Of a stretch of 64,000 nucleotides of DNA, positions 29,894 to 40,020 are shown in pieces (position 1 is the stretch's first letter; the number at the start of each line of letters is the position of its first letter). The stretch is from the sequence record LC739535.1. One strand, 5' to 3'. The notes below the pieces were generated by a model, which had not been told where the DNA came from, did no database searches, and saw nothing but the letters and a program-made list of their open reading frames with translations. A program made the position numbers and the translations under genes. The stretch is from Escherichia phage phiWec186.

Positions 29894-30275
29894 AATGATG
29901 ATGGGTTAGGAAAGTAGTTCGAGTCCAATCTTTAAGGGAGTACACAGAATACCACTGACCATCAATCAAGATTTGGTCGGATAGTTGAGAGGTTCCTTGT
30001 TGGATGCCTCGCATTTCTGTTTTAGTCCAGAAACTATATTGCGCCTTTGATCTGTACCCTTCAGGCAGTGCTTTTAGAGTTTTTCCAGAGATTGGTTGCA
30101 GACTTGCAGCCGCTATCTCAAACTCTTCATATTCTACGGTACTACCCATATTGGCGATAACAGAACCTACAGCTTCTTTGTAGACACGTCTACGCCCTTG
30201 ATATGAGGTAAGATCAAGGAGAGTGAATTGATCAAGTAACACCTGTATCTCCTTTTTAGTATACATCAAAAACAA
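29826..30275 (-). CDS. hypothetical virion protein (start uncertain)
   Basis: ORF overlaps the downstream gene by about 68 nt. Confidence 0.4.
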   Translation of the reverse strand: MFLMYTKKEIQVLLDQFTLLDLTSYQGRRRVYKEAVGSVIANMGSTVEYEEFEIAAASLQPISGKTLKALPEGYRSKAQYSFWTKTEMRGIQQGTSQLSDQILIDGQWYSVYSLKDWTRTTFLTHHHCVAILDDQNNTWDYDQEGGNFG

Positions 30276-30287
30276 AATTTATGCAAG

Positions 30288-30776
30288 TTATTTTTTAGAC
30301 TTGCCTTTTGTGATCTTCGAGTCTATCTCGTTAATCATGTGCCCTGTGTCAATCAACGTGTGTGTAGAATAATTCCCTCTATCACGACGAATCTTAATTG
30401 TCACCGGAGAAAGTGCTCTATATCGTTGGGAAGCTATTGCTCTTGCTATTCCTTCACGAGAAGCTTTCGCTATCGGCTCAAAAACTCCGAGTCCTTTATT
30501 TCGCATCAAGTATTGAACAAAAACATTCGGTAATAGCTTGGCTATCTCTTTACTGGAAATCACAGCACCGTCAGTCATAAACGGACGGGCTGGAATATTA
30601 TTTGTTTCGTTACCATATTGCTGGATAGCAGCTATCGCCGGAATAGTGAGATCTGATTCAGGGTGTCTCTTGTTTTCAAGGAAACCAGCTTCAATTTCCA
30701 CATTCTCTAATACCATCATCTTTTTAATGATTGTATCCCAGTCTGTGTCTGTGCCTGGCAAGATCTCACTTTTCAT
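30288..30776 (-). CDS. hypothetical head-tail connector/completion protein
   Basis: ORF in the connector region. Confidence 0.45.
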   Translation of the reverse strand: MKSEILPGTDTDWDTIIKKMMVLENVEIEAGFLENKRHPESDLTIPAIAAIQQYGNETNNIPARPFMTDGAVISSKEIAKLLPNVFVQYLMRNKGLGVFEPIAKASREGIARAIASQRYRALSPVTIKIRRDRGNYSTHTLIDTGHMINEIDSKITKGKSKK

Positions 30777-31324
30777 TATTTGTCCCTACGATAATATGAT
30801 ACAGGTCCGTAGTTTCGCAGATAGTTTACGTTACGTGTTTTACGATCTACACTGGCAACATTACCTAAACCATTCACAGAGTTAGGATCGCTGTTGACAC
30901 GATCGATTTCACGAGCATCTACACCACCAATCAGAACACGACTTGTTGCACCACGTCCAGCGGTACATCCTGGAATAACCATTAAGCCGTTCAGGTAGTT
31001 GTTGTAGATATCTTCCCAAGGAGATTTGTATTCTACTTGACCGTTACTAAACTTAACTTCTACTTCCACTTCGCCCATCTTTTCACGGCGGGACATTGCA
31101 CCACCACTTTGACTGTTGTTATTTAAAACATCAGTGTTCCACAGGTATTCAAGAACAGAAATTAAACTGTTCCACAGAACAGCACACTTATTAGAGTCGG
31201 CGTTACCAATAATATCGATCCACGTCTGGATAATCTGAATCAACACTGCGTCTGGCAAAGTTTCTTGAGACGGATTATAAACAAGGATTCGAACCATTGG
31301 TGCCAATTCAGTAGCAATCAGCAT
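30776..31324 (-). CDS. hypothetical head-tail connector/completion protein
   Basis: ORF in the connector region, coupled to its neighbour. Confidence 0.45.
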   Translation of the reverse strand: MLIATELAPMVRILVYNPSQETLPDAVLIQIIQTWIDIIGNADSNKCAVLWNSLISVLEYLWNTDVLNNNSQSGGAMSRREKMGEVEVEVKFSNGQVEYKSPWEDIYNNYLNGLMVIPGCTAGRGATSRVLIGGVDAREIDRVNSDPNSVNGLGNVASVDRKTRNVNYLRNYGPVSYYRRDK

Positions 31325-31333
31325 AACTTCTCC

Positions 31334-31678
31334 TTACTTTTTACGGAGTGATCGTTTCTTGGCTGGTGAATCTACTGCTTCAACTTTCAGAACTTCCTGC
31401 TCAACTTCAATCTCTTTGTAGTCTTCGAAGCTGACAAGGAAATACCCCATATGCTCTTCACTACTAAACGGATGAACCAACAGACCAGTTTCTTCACGCA
31501 GACGTTGTAAGAAATGAATAAAATTACCACCTAAAGCAACACGACCATCTTTCAGATAGAAAGACATTGGAGGTGCTTGGGTGAGAGTCTTCTCTGCATC
31601 CAGATTGCTCACGAGCTTAGAGAAGTCCTGAATCATTTCGTGGTAGCTGAAGTAACGTTTTAATTGTGGGTTTGACAT
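31334..31678 (-). CDS. hypothetical head completion protein
   Basis: Small ORF directly downstream of the major capsid gene. Confidence 0.45.
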   Translation of the reverse strand: MSNPQLKRYFSYHEMIQDFSKLVSNLDAEKTLTQAPPMSFYLKDGRVALGGNFIHFLQRLREETGLLVHPFSSEEHMGYFLVSFEDYKEIEVEQEVLKVEAVDSPAKKRSLRKK

Positions 31679-31710
31679 AATAATCTCCTCGGTATATAGT
31701 GTTCATATAA

Positions 31711-31745
31711 CAAAAAAGGCTCGCCCATCACGGACGAGCCTCTTT
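31711..31745 (-). terminator. rho-independent terminator after the major capsid gene
   Basis: AGGCTCG...CGAGCCT hairpin followed by TTTTTTG on the minus strand. Confidence 0.5.
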
Positions 31746-31760
31746 TAGAACAGAGTTCTA

Positions 31761-32759
31761 TTAAGCAGTGGTCAGACGAACGATCAGTTCTGGGCGAACG
31801 TTAACTGCCAGAAGAGAGAATTCAGACTGAAGACTTACAGTACGGTGCTCACTGATCATGAACGTGTACAGTTCACGAGCAACAGTGTTAGCCAGTTCTG
31901 GAGTATCAGCAGGAGCGTAGTGCGCCTGGAACATATCCGCGATACCCATAGGCAGAACATATGCTTCACCAGCAGGGATGTTACCGTGAATATCTTCGAT
32001 GTAGGTTACGCCGTTCCATTCGAACACCTGAACGTCCATGTTACCGTTCAAACGGTCACGCAGAAGGTTAGGAGTACCCTGGAAGTACTGGTAAGCCTGA
32101 CGAACGAACGGAGAGTTAACCAGAGAAGCGAAGAACTCACGAGAGCACAGAGCAACGATACGAGTAGCGGTAGAACCGTCTTGTTTTTCGTCGATGATGT
32201 ATGCACGAGCTTCTTGCTCAACGGTAGCCGCTGGAGAAACAGTGGTAGAAGCGAAATCTACAGGAACTGATTTCTGGGTAGCGCCCCACTCGGTGTACCA
32301 GTTGTACGCAGAGTTAGCAGCGCCGCCGCCAGTGTATGCACGACCCATTACTGCTTCAGCAAAGATCTTCTCTTTGGTTTTTGCAGCATCACGCAGAATC
32401 TGCGTCATATAACGGTTAACTACTTCTGCTTCAGTACGCAGAGAGTCGTTGATACCAGCCATAGCGAAGCTACGGAAAGACTGGATATCTTGAGCTTTGA
32501 TGTTCTTATCCAGTGGGAAGAATGGGATACGGAACACTTTGACTTCTGGAGTATCCATAGTCAGGAAGTTACGCTCACCACCACGTTCACGGGCAGGGAT
32601 CAGACCATCTTGAGTTTTTTGTTTGCCGATTTCAACAACGGTAGTTGCATGGTACTGTACATCAAACAGACCCAGGCTGGCAATCAGTGTATCAGGAGTA
32701 TCCTGAAGTTCGATCATTGGGCTGAAATCAACAACCTGATCTAAAATTACTGCTGGCAT
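31761..32759 (-). CDS. major capsid protein
   Basis: 332 aa; strong GGAGA RBS, own terminator; sits after scaffold and decoration genes. Confidence 0.7.
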   Translation of the reverse strand: MPAVILDQVVDFSPMIELQDTPDTLIASLGLFDVQYHATTVVEIGKQKTQDGLIPARERGGERNFLTMDTPEVKVFRIPFFPLDKNIKAQDIQSFRSFAMAGINDSLRTEAEVVNRYMTQILRDAAKTKEKIFAEAVMGRAYTGGGAANSAYNWYTEWGATQKSVPVDFASTTVSPAATVEQEARAYIIDEKQDGSTATRIVALCSREFFASLVNSPFVRQAYQYFQGTPNLLRDRLNGNMDVQVFEWNGVTYIEDIHGNIPAGEAYVLPMGIADMFQAHYAPADTPELANTVARELYTFMISEHRTVSLQSEFSLLAVNVRPELIVRLTTA

Positions 32760-32781
32760 TATATTAATCTCCTATCAAAAA

Positions 32782-33174
32782 TTAAGAAGTGAAAACGACT
32801 TTTTCAGTCAGTTTCAGATCACGAGTTTCCAGTGCTGCTACGCCAGCGTCGTCAATCAGATTACCGTTGCTATAGAATACAGCAAAACGGTTCAGAGTCA
32901 GGTCGCGTACACCAACAACGGCGGTGAAAGTGTCACCAACTGCAACATCATCGATACCGAACAGAGCATCAGTCCACAGCAGAACTTTAGCAGCATCAGC
33001 GGCAGCGGCAGCTTCGGTGTTGTCAGCTTTCAGTACGGAACCAATTTTCATGGTTGCGGTTTTAACCAGGTTTACTTCGCGTACACAGTGTCCGAGGTCA
33101 GAGCTAAAAACTCCACCCAGAACCAGGTGTCCGAATTCCTGGCGAGAGTTAGATAAAGTAATTCCTTTAGCCAT
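32782..33174 (-). CDS. putative head decoration protein
   Basis: 130-aa Ala/Gly/Val-rich protein immediately upstream of the capsid gene. Confidence 0.45.
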   Translation of the reverse strand: MAKGITLSNSRQEFGHLVLGGVFSSDLGHCVREVNLVKTATMKIGSVLKADNTEAAAAADAAKVLLWTDALFGIDDVAVGDTFTAVVGVRDLTLNRFAVFYSNGNLIDDAGVAALETRDLKLTEKVVFTS

Positions 33175-33193
33175 TTAATTTAATCTCCTAAGA

Positions 33194-34312
33194 TTATTGT
33201 TTCTGGGCTTTTTTGAGTTCGGCAGCTTTCTGACGAATCAGTTCAGATGCAGACTTGGCAACAACTTCAACATTGGCAACATCAGCGCCTTGTTCTTTAC
33301 CAAACTCTTTCTTAACTGCTTCAACTTCTGCACGGGCTTTTTCGAATGCGTTAACAACAGTTTCAGCGATCTCTTTATTATCGATCAGGTATTTAACCAG
33401 AGCTTCAACTTTTTCTTCTTCTACGAAAGCGTAGGACTTAACAACAGTGGTGTACTCTTCTTCGATACGAGCCAGTTCAGCTTTACGAAGTTCTTCTGCT
33501 GCGAGTTCTGCTTTAGCGATCTTTTCCTGTGCTGCCAGTTCTGCTTGTTCACGGGCTTCTGTCGCTGCTTTTTCTACAGCTTCAGCAATCTGTGCTTTCA
33601 TCAGGTCTTGGAATTCGGCAGATTTCAGGAATTCTTCTTTGTTAATATTTTCCAAAGGTAATTCTCCTTTATTGATTCCAGTTGTGTTTGCAGATTTGTC
33701 ACCTGCGGGGTTAGCCTCTGCATCCACAGAGTTCTTATTGGTTTGAGCATTATGTGCTTTCACCAGATAATCTTTAACTTGATCGTGTTTCAGAGCACCT
33801 TTAATAAGATCGCCAAGAGCATCTTCGATCAGGTCTTCAAAGAAATCGACGGAAACCATAACGTCACCATCAACAACTTGATAATCGGTAGTACGTACAA
33901 CAGGTTTAGCAACTTCAGCCAGTTCAACAACTAATCCGTTCAAAGTGAAGTCCACAGCAAACATGCCGTGATCAGAACAGAAGATTGCAACGTTAGCATC
34001 AAAGTCTACATCTGCCAGCCAAACCCAGTCCCAACATGTGGAGAACTTTTCGTTTACAGCGTTGGCGATGCGGTCCATTACTTGCTGAATGTAACCTTTA
34101 CGTAATTCAGTAACGTCTTCACCCATTTTAGCCAGAGCTTCGATTTTCTCGAAGGTCACTTCAGGAGAGCCGTCAGATTTAAAAAGCAGTGGGGTATTGT
34201 AACCAGACGCTGCACCACCTTGAAAATCGAAAGTGTATGCGATATGTGCGCCCAGAGTTTCTTCCGTAGCTTTACCCGAAAAGTCTACGTTAGTAAGATA
34301 TGTATTTGCCAC
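33194..34312 (-). CDS. capsid scaffolding protein
   Basis: C-terminal half is an Ala/Glu/Lys-rich coiled coil (AEAVEKAATEAREQAELAAQEKIAKAELAAEELRKAELARIEEE). Confidence 0.55.
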   Translation of the reverse strand: MANTYLTNVDFSGKATEETLGAHIAYTFDFQGGAASGYNTPLLFKSDGSPEVTFEKIEALAKMGEDVTELRKGYIQQVMDRIANAVNEKFSTCWDWVWLADVDFDANVAIFCSDHGMFAVDFTLNGLVVELAEVAKPVVRTTDYQVVDGDVMVSVDFFEDLIEDALGDLIKGALKHDQVKDYLVKAHNAQTNKNSVDAEANPAGDKSANTTGINKGELPLENINKEEFLKSAEFQDLMKAQIAEAVEKAATEAREQAELAAQEKIAKAELAAEELRKAELARIEEEYTTVVKSYAFVEEEKVEALVKYLIDNKEIAETVVNAFEKARAEVEAVKKEFGKEQGADVANVEVVAKSASELIRQKAAELKKAQKQ

Positions 34313-34314
34313 AA

Positions 34315-34794
34315 TTAGTCCTTCTTGACTTTCACGCCCATCGCACCTATACTCAAACCTTTAAGAACACCGTCCTTACGAGCTTGATACAGTTCAGGGT
34401 CGTTGAATTGGATTTTAACGAGGGGAGTTCCTTCCACAACGAGTTCGTCACCAATGTAACAATCAACTTCGTTCACCCAAGCTTTAACTGGAGCAAATTT
34501 GTCTGTGTTCTTCATGTGACCAAGATTACCACTTACGTTAGTAATATTCTCATTGAAGTTGTCTACCATCTTCCTGATTTCCATATCGGACATACGCTCA
34601 CCGTGGAGGTCGTCTTTTTCAGGTGGACAATACAATACCTCAATAACCTGCATTTGCTCTTCGTCAAACTTATTATGTTTGATTACTGTTTGAGGTTGTT
34701 GAGGAGGTGTAGAATCTTGTTGGGATGGGGTTGATTCTTTCATACCGCTGAACGATTTGAAGAGTTCCCAGAGTGTATCTTTATTAAGTTCCAT
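34315..34794 (-). CDS. putative head maturation protease or head morphogenesis protein
   Basis: Position between portal and scaffold only; no catalytic motif identified. Confidence 0.3.
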   Translation of the reverse strand: MELNKDTLWELFKSFSGMKESTPSQQDSTPPQQPQTVIKHNKFDEEQMQVIEVLYCPPEKDDLHGERMSDMEIRKMVDNFNENITNVSGNLGHMKNTDKFAPVKAWVNEVDCYIGDELVVEGTPLVKIQFNDPELYQARKDGVLKGLSIGAMGVKVKKD

Positions 34795-34885
34795 ATGAAC
34801 CTCTTAAAAACAAATATCCCATAAATCTTAGTCTACAGGATATTCGTCATTTTGTCAATACCTAAAATCAAAAAAGTTTAATTTT

Positions 34886-36451
34886 TTAATTCGATAAGTT
34901 TGCTGCTGATGGATCAAGAGCCGAAACGCTGGTGGATGTACCTGTACCTGCGGTCGCCATACCGTCTCCAGAACGTGAAGTTTTATCTGGCATGAATGTC
35001 TCCATATATTCTACGAATTTATCCTTGTCAGAAACAATGTCGTCTGGTATACGATAATCAAAGCCTAACTTCTCTAAGAACTCGTTGATAATTTCCGCTG
35101 TAAGTGGAATAGCTCCTGCTGCAACAATCTGTTGGATCGCTTTAGCGTTTACTTCAATATCAGGATCGCCCATTTCACCACTAACAAACTTCGGCATATC
35201 TTCATCGGAAAGGAAGATATTGTTTAAGCGAAGTGCTTGTGGGATCAATTGAGAGTTAATAGCTTCAACAACAATATCTACATCACGTTCAATGAAGTGT
35301 GAGAGCAGGGTCTGTTTATTATCGGACAATGCAAAGCTGCCAGCGTCCCCGTCACCCATTATCAATACACCCGCACCAAAACGGTTGTAAATATCCAGTT
35401 TACGTTGTTTGATCAGTTCTTGCGTATCAAACTGTTTACCAGCCCCTTCTACACCTTGGAACACCAGGTCATACTGACGCATAACAGTGCCTTCATAAAC
35501 GTCTGAAGGTAATACCATATATGCTTGCTCACCAGAGTGTAGGTTAGCAATGTTTGCCTGGAGCACGCGTAAGGACTGTGCTTCATCTCCGGCAGGGTCA
35601 AGAGATGCGCGGTTAAGAATATCGCTCGGTACTTTCAGAACAGGCATACCGCCCAAATCTTTAGAAACACCGATAACTTCGAATTCTTGAATTAAAGATT
35701 TTTCACGCCAGCTACGATATACAGCCAACAGAGGTGACACACCCAGAGGATTGTTTTCTGTGATATTGCTACCAACAAAAATAACCTTGTTCATGGGGAT
35801 TTGACGTACACCCAGTTGTAGCTTACTATTACCTGGAGCCAACATAGTATTGGTGATGTTCTGGTTTACCGAAATAACGGAGCGACCATCATCAGAATAG
35901 GTGAAAGGGTTTGACATATCCAAAGTATCTTGCGGTCGGAAAGCAAGCTTAGTGAGACGATAATAGCCATAGTATGGACTCTTCGGATCTTCGTCAAGTT
36001 CAAACACCTTTTCAGCAAATGCAAAACCGAACTGCTTATATGTAAGAAGAGATCTCACATACTGGCGTAATGGTGCTTGCATGTTGCGTAACATGTATTC
36101 AATAAACTTTGCAGCTTTTCTTGACTTGGCAGAGTTTACGTTGTATTTTATTTTAAAGTCGAAAAATGCTCTGTCTACGAAAATGTATGTTGCATCAAGA
36201 GCGGTAGCAACATCTGGGTCTTCACCCATTTCCTTATAAGTACGGATGTTTTCAGGAAAGCGTGTTTCATACGGTTGCATGAAGTTAGTGAATGCTTTGA
36301 TTGAGTTCAACCCAATCGTCCCGATTTCAGGAGAGAGAAGTAAACTCTTTTCTTTCTCTGCCTGTTTTGACGGAGAGAGAGCAGCTTTGTTCACTGCACT
36401 TTGTTTCCAGTAATCCGACTTCTTAGTGTACTGTCTTTTTTCTGTTGACAC
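34886..36451 (-). CDS. portal protein
   Basis: 521 aa immediately downstream of the terminase large subunit. Confidence 0.7.
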   Translation of the reverse strand: MSTEKRQYTKKSDYWKQSAVNKAALSPSKQAEKEKSLLLSPEIGTIGLNSIKAFTNFMQPYETRFPENIRTYKEMGEDPDVATALDATYIFVDRAFFDFKIKYNVNSAKSRKAAKFIEYMLRNMQAPLRQYVRSLLTYKQFGFAFAEKVFELDEDPKSPYYGYYRLTKLAFRPQDTLDMSNPFTYSDDGRSVISVNQNITNTMLAPGNSKLQLGVRQIPMNKVIFVGSNITENNPLGVSPLLAVYRSWREKSLIQEFEVIGVSKDLGGMPVLKVPSDILNRASLDPAGDEAQSLRVLQANIANLHSGEQAYMVLPSDVYEGTVMRQYDLVFQGVEGAGKQFDTQELIKQRKLDIYNRFGAGVLIMGDGDAGSFALSDNKQTLLSHFIERDVDIVVEAINSQLIPQALRLNNIFLSDEDMPKFVSGEMGDPDIEVNAKAIQQIVAAGAIPLTAEIINEFLEKLGFDYRIPDDIVSDKDKFVEYMETFMPDKTSRSGDGMATAGTGTSTSVSALDPSAANLSN

Positions 36452-36554
36452 TTTCTTCCTCCGGCACTGTGCTTAAAGATCAATAGGGCAAGGGTTAAAT
36501 AAATTAACCCGCCCATAAAGTCATTGTACACTTTAAAGTAACTTTTGTCAACAA

Positions 36555-38633
36555 TTATCTTCGACGAGGAGTACTTACAGTAGTGAAATGCCTGGAGTTC
36601 ATGTTACTGTACCCAGTAGGTGCATTTGTTGTTGTAGGTATCGCTACAGCCTTGTGTGCCGTCTCTTTCGCCAGAGTGTTGAAGCAAGATGCTGCGGCAT
36701 CTGGAAGGTCATCTTTAAGCATTGCTGTAGATCGTTCACCGTTAAAAGATTCCAATTCTTTATAAAAGTGATTCAAAGTTTCAATGTTAGGAAATGAATC
36801 TTCTACGATATAAACAAAACCATTCTGACAGGCACTACTGAACGGCATGAAACGTTGAAGTTTCTTTTTGTTGCCTGGCATTGCGTCGGGTTTAACAACA
36901 AAACCTTCAACAATAAGTTTCTTAGCTGATTCCGTATATTCAATGAGTCCAGCACCAGACGGGTCTTTTGGAAGAACGATCTGAACATCTGGTCCATCAA
37001 TCTTAGCCTGTTGGAGGATCAGGTTATCCCTGTCACCAGGTAAGCGTCGGAATCTTCCGAAAACTTTACTCTTCTCGTCTATAGCGTCGTAATCATAATC
37101 CCCGAAGATATAAATGTTCCCGTTTAGGTCTTTACCCATCTTAACCGATGCTGTATAGTCGGGATAACGATAACGTTCACTTGGAACGGATACAGCTTTA
37201 TCCCATGCACGCATATACTTCATGTTGTTAGGAACATCTTTGTATTCTATCTTGTGAAGCCATTCACGTTGGAAGAATGATTCCTCTTGAATACGGGCAA
37301 ACCAACAACCATCCAGAAGCTGTGCTCGCTTGATCGCTGTCTGCGATTTAAGAGAAGCCAGGTATTTCGGGTTAAGGCGAATCAGTTCAGGGTTATCAAA
37401 GATCGTACCGCCGATAAACACAAACGTTTGAGGTTCGATCGTAACAATCTCACCAGTGTTTGGGTTCTCCATGAAACAGTTTTCAGGATACTTCTCTTTA
37501 AGTTCCTCTGCTGTGTCGGCAAATACAGGCTCATCATTTACAATAATGAAGTAGGTTTGTTTACCACACATATCTTCACGAGGATAACCGCCTTCGTCAA
37601 GATAAGGTAACACCCAGTTCAGTACCCAGCTATCCGCATCGGGGTTACAGGTACAGAGCATGAAAGATGTTTCTGACTCGGAACGCATACGACCGAGAAG
37701 ATAAAGCATCTCGTACTGGGTGAAATGGGTGAGTTCGTCAAAACCAACCATACTGTACTGTGTACCCTGATGGTTAGTCTCGGCTGTAACGTTATCGTTC
37801 TCCAGATGGTCAAACTTCAAAGTACCACCGTTAGTGGCCTCAAAGATAATGTCCATCGTACTTTCTTTTACGTGTGGTTGTAAAGGAAGATACAAACGTT
37901 TAGCTTCTGTAAACAAACCCCCTGGCTTACGGTGTGCAGTAGTGTTCTTACGGAATAAGATACCACCGAACAAAGGATCTTTATAGGCAAACTTAAGGGC
38001 TTTTAGCAGAAGCAGACGAGACTTGCCGCTATTGCCAGTAACGAAGCAGTGATTGCCCCGTCTAAGGACAATATAGCTACTTGGAGTTTCAAAGCAATAT
38101 TTCTTATCATCAGATGTAATAACCTCGTGTATTTTTAAATAAGTGTTTTGTTTGCCTGGGATGTTAAATGGAACGCGCTTACCGAACGGATCTTCAATGT
38201 ATCCTTTCAGTGGTGCTCCTGCTTGTTGCAGAGCAATAAGATCTCCCACAGCAATCTCAAAATGTTTTTTGGATTTCTTTTTCTTGTAAAAGACGAAACG
38301 ATGCTCCATACTCAACTCTTGGAACACTCCTGCACCATTAGTGATTCGGTACAGGTTGTCATCTTTCATATCGTATTCTACGAAGTAAGGTGTGACCAAC
38401 TCTAAGCGTTTTCTCTTAGGATTATACTGGTAGATATCTTCTCCACTGTACTGACTTATTTGTTTCCAACCATCACGGGTAAGATACTCTGTTTCAGCAG
38501 ATACACAACCTGCGGCACCACCGTAAATCATAACTTCCGGCATTAGATCCATTGCCAGCGTCTGTTTACCTGGTTGAGCCTTTACTTCGATATCAGCGCC
38601 AGCTAAACTGCCAGCCGCTTTTTTCTTAGCCAC
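36555..38633 (-). CDS. terL: terminase large subunit, interrupted by a mini-intein in the Walker A P-loop
   Basis: GTG start with GGAGGAG RBS; split Walker A YGGAAG / SGKS; Walker B MVGFDELTHF; C-terminal nuclease-type region. Confidence 0.8.
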   Translation of the reverse strand: MAKKKAAGSLAGADIEVKAQPGKQTLAMDLMPEVMIYGGAAGCVSAETEYLTRDGWKQISQYSGEDIYQYNPKRKRLELVTPYFVEYDMKDDNLYRITNGAGVFQELSMEHRFVFYKKKKSKKHFEIAVGDLIALQQAGAPLKGYIEDPFGKRVPFNIPGKQNTYLKIHEVITSDDKKYCFETPSSYIVLRRGNHCFVTGNSGKSRLLLLKALKFAYKDPLFGGILFRKNTTAHRKPGGLFTEAKRLYLPLQPHVKESTMDIIFEATNGGTLKFDHLENDNVTAETNHQGTQYSMVGFDELTHFTQYEMLYLLGRMRSESETSFMLCTCNPDADSWVLNWVLPYLDEGGYPREDMCGKQTYFIIVNDEPVFADTAEELKEKYPENCFMENPNTGEIVTIEPQTFVFIGGTIFDNPELIRLNPKYLASLKSQTAIKRAQLLDGCWFARIQEESFFQREWLHKIEYKDVPNNMKYMRAWDKAVSVPSERYRYPDYTASVKMGKDLNGNIYIFGDYDYDAIDEKSKVFGRFRRLPGDRDNLILQQAKIDGPDVQIVLPKDPSGAGLIEYTESAKKLIVEGFVVKPDAMPGNKKKLQRFMPFSSACQNGFVYIVEDSFPNIETLNHFYKELESFNGERSTAMLKDDLPDAAASCFNTLAKETAHKAVAIPTTTNAPTGYSNMNSRHFTTVSTPRRR
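38028..38507 (-). other. mini-intein (Hint domain, about 160 aa) inside terL
   Basis: Starts with Cys (CVSAETEYLTRDGW, block A-like), has a block B-like SMEH, ends ...HCFVTGN followed by Ser; removal restores GGAAGSGKS. Confidence 0.55.
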
Positions 38634-38642
38634 TTCTCCTCC

Positions 38643-38969
38643 TTACTTACTGATAATCCCTTTCTCTTGCAGAGCCTTAATGTAGTTTTGCAGACCGATT
38701 ACTTTATTACGATCTTGACTCCAGAGAACATTGTTTGTGGTTCCGTTGTCAACAACTTCTGAACGAGAAACACCTTTCGCCACTTGTTGATCCGTATACG
38801 GCACTGGCTCACTTACACCCTCCATAAGAGAGGATTCTGGAGCTTTGACTTCTTGTACCGCAACAGCTTTACATTCATCAATTAGAATCGGGGAGGCTTT
38901 TGTTGAGGATGCGCAACCCGTCATCATTAGGGCCGAAGCAAGACATAGACCCAGTAGTAGTTTTTGCAT
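38643..38969 (-). CDS. putative outer-membrane spanin lipoprotein (Rz1-like)
   Basis: Signal peptide with lipobox-like LMMTGC; 5' end overlaps the upstream i-spanin-like ORF. Confidence 0.45.
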   Translation of the reverse strand: MQKLLLGLCLASALMMTGCASSTKASPILIDECKAVAVQEVKAPESSLMEGVSEPVPYTDQQVAKGVSRSEVVDNGTTNNVLWSQDRNKVIGLQNYIKALQEKGIISK

Positions 38970-39285
38970 AGTTTGTTTTCTCCTCGTTTATCTTCTTTTC
39001 CTTGTTTGCTAAATCTTTTCTCAATTGAGCATTCTTGGCAGAGAGTGAAGCGATTTGGTTATTAAGAGCGAGACGTTCATCATCTGCTTTCTTTTGAAGA
39101 ACATCAAAATCTTGTTTTGCTTTTGCTTGTTGTTGCTGATAGATAGTTACTTGGTGCTGTTCTCCAGCAGTGTAACCATTATCATATAAAGCCTTTCCGC
39201 CGAAGTATAAACCAGCTAAAAGGGCTACTAACAGAAGAATAACGTAAAACCATTTACTCTTCAGAATCATTGGTATCAGGTTCAT
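38878..39285 (-). CDS. putative inner-membrane spanin (Rz-like)
   Basis: N-terminal TM helix (FYVILLLVALLAGLYF) followed by a coiled-coil region; overlaps the lipoprotein ORF. Confidence 0.45.
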   Translation of the reverse strand: MNLIPMILKSKWFYVILLLVALLAGLYFGGKALYDNGYTAGEQHQVTIYQQQQAKAKQDFDVLQKKADDERLALNNQIASLSAKNAQLRKDLANKEKKINEEKTNYAKTTTGSMSCFGPNDDGLRILNKSLPDSN

Positions 39286-39564
39286 CTTTAAATCTCACTT
39301 TCGGTAAGGATGGAGAGTTATTCACTACCTTCTTCACTTCCATCGGTTGGGCTTCCGCAAGAATCTCTTCCCACGTCTTCTCGATCATCATCTAATTCGT
39401 CCTCAAGATCCCATTGACGGGAATAATCATTCTTTCTGTCGCGGTGGACAGAAGATTTGTTAAAATCATTCTTAACTACAAAGTTGCGCATATTTTATCC
39501 TCCTCAATATTGATCTTATCACAAAACATATACACAATGCAAGCCCTAAAAATAAAAAGCCCCT

Positions 39565-39600
39565 AACCTTTCGGAAAGGGGTTGTTAAAATAACAAGGAG
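39565..39600 (-). terminator. putative rho-independent terminator (minus strand)
   Basis: CCCCT...AGGGG hairpin followed by CTTTTTATT on the minus strand. Confidence 0.4.
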
Positions 39601-39631
39601 GAGAGGGCAAAGCGCCCCAAGAGAGGAGAGG

Positions 39632-39922
39632 TTAAATTACAATTTTCTTAGGCTGTTCTTCCACAACGGTAGGCGTTTCTTCCTCCATTGCTTCATAATG
39701 TTCTTCCAACCAGTCTTCGACTTGCTCTTTAATGGCTTTCGCTGCTTGGAATCGGAGAGGTTTTGCTGCTTCGTTGTCATACACAAGTTCAACGATGTAT
39801 TTCATGGCTGCGAGATAGTTCTCGGCAAACAATTCCTTCACTGTTGCTTGTGCTGCATCCATAGCGTAAATTTGTTGCATTTCTGCGGTAGGTCGTCCAC
39901 GACCACGTTTAAGTTTAGGCAT
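39632..39922 (-). CDS. small DNA-binding protein (possible terminase small subunit)
   Basis: N-terminal KRGRGRPT AT-hook-like motif; position upstream of terL. Confidence 0.35.
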   Translation of the reverse strand: MPKLKRGRGRPTAEMQQIYAMDAAQATVKELFAENYLAAMKYIVELVYDNEAAKPLRFQAAKAIKEQVEDWLEEHYEAMEEETPTVVEEQPKKIVI

Positions 39923-40020
39923 GTGTATTCCTCCTACAATTTATCGTATCATAAAAATATTCTTGTGTCAAGTTTTACTTTTACATGTACAACTGACATA
40001 CCAATAACCCAGAAACAAAA

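Noticed and set aside
38022-38050. Alternative intein C-terminal junction at NH|C (RRGNH-CFV)
   Set aside because: That boundary would leave CFVTGN in the extein and break the Walker A motif; ending at ...TGN with Ser +1 restores GGAAGSGKS.
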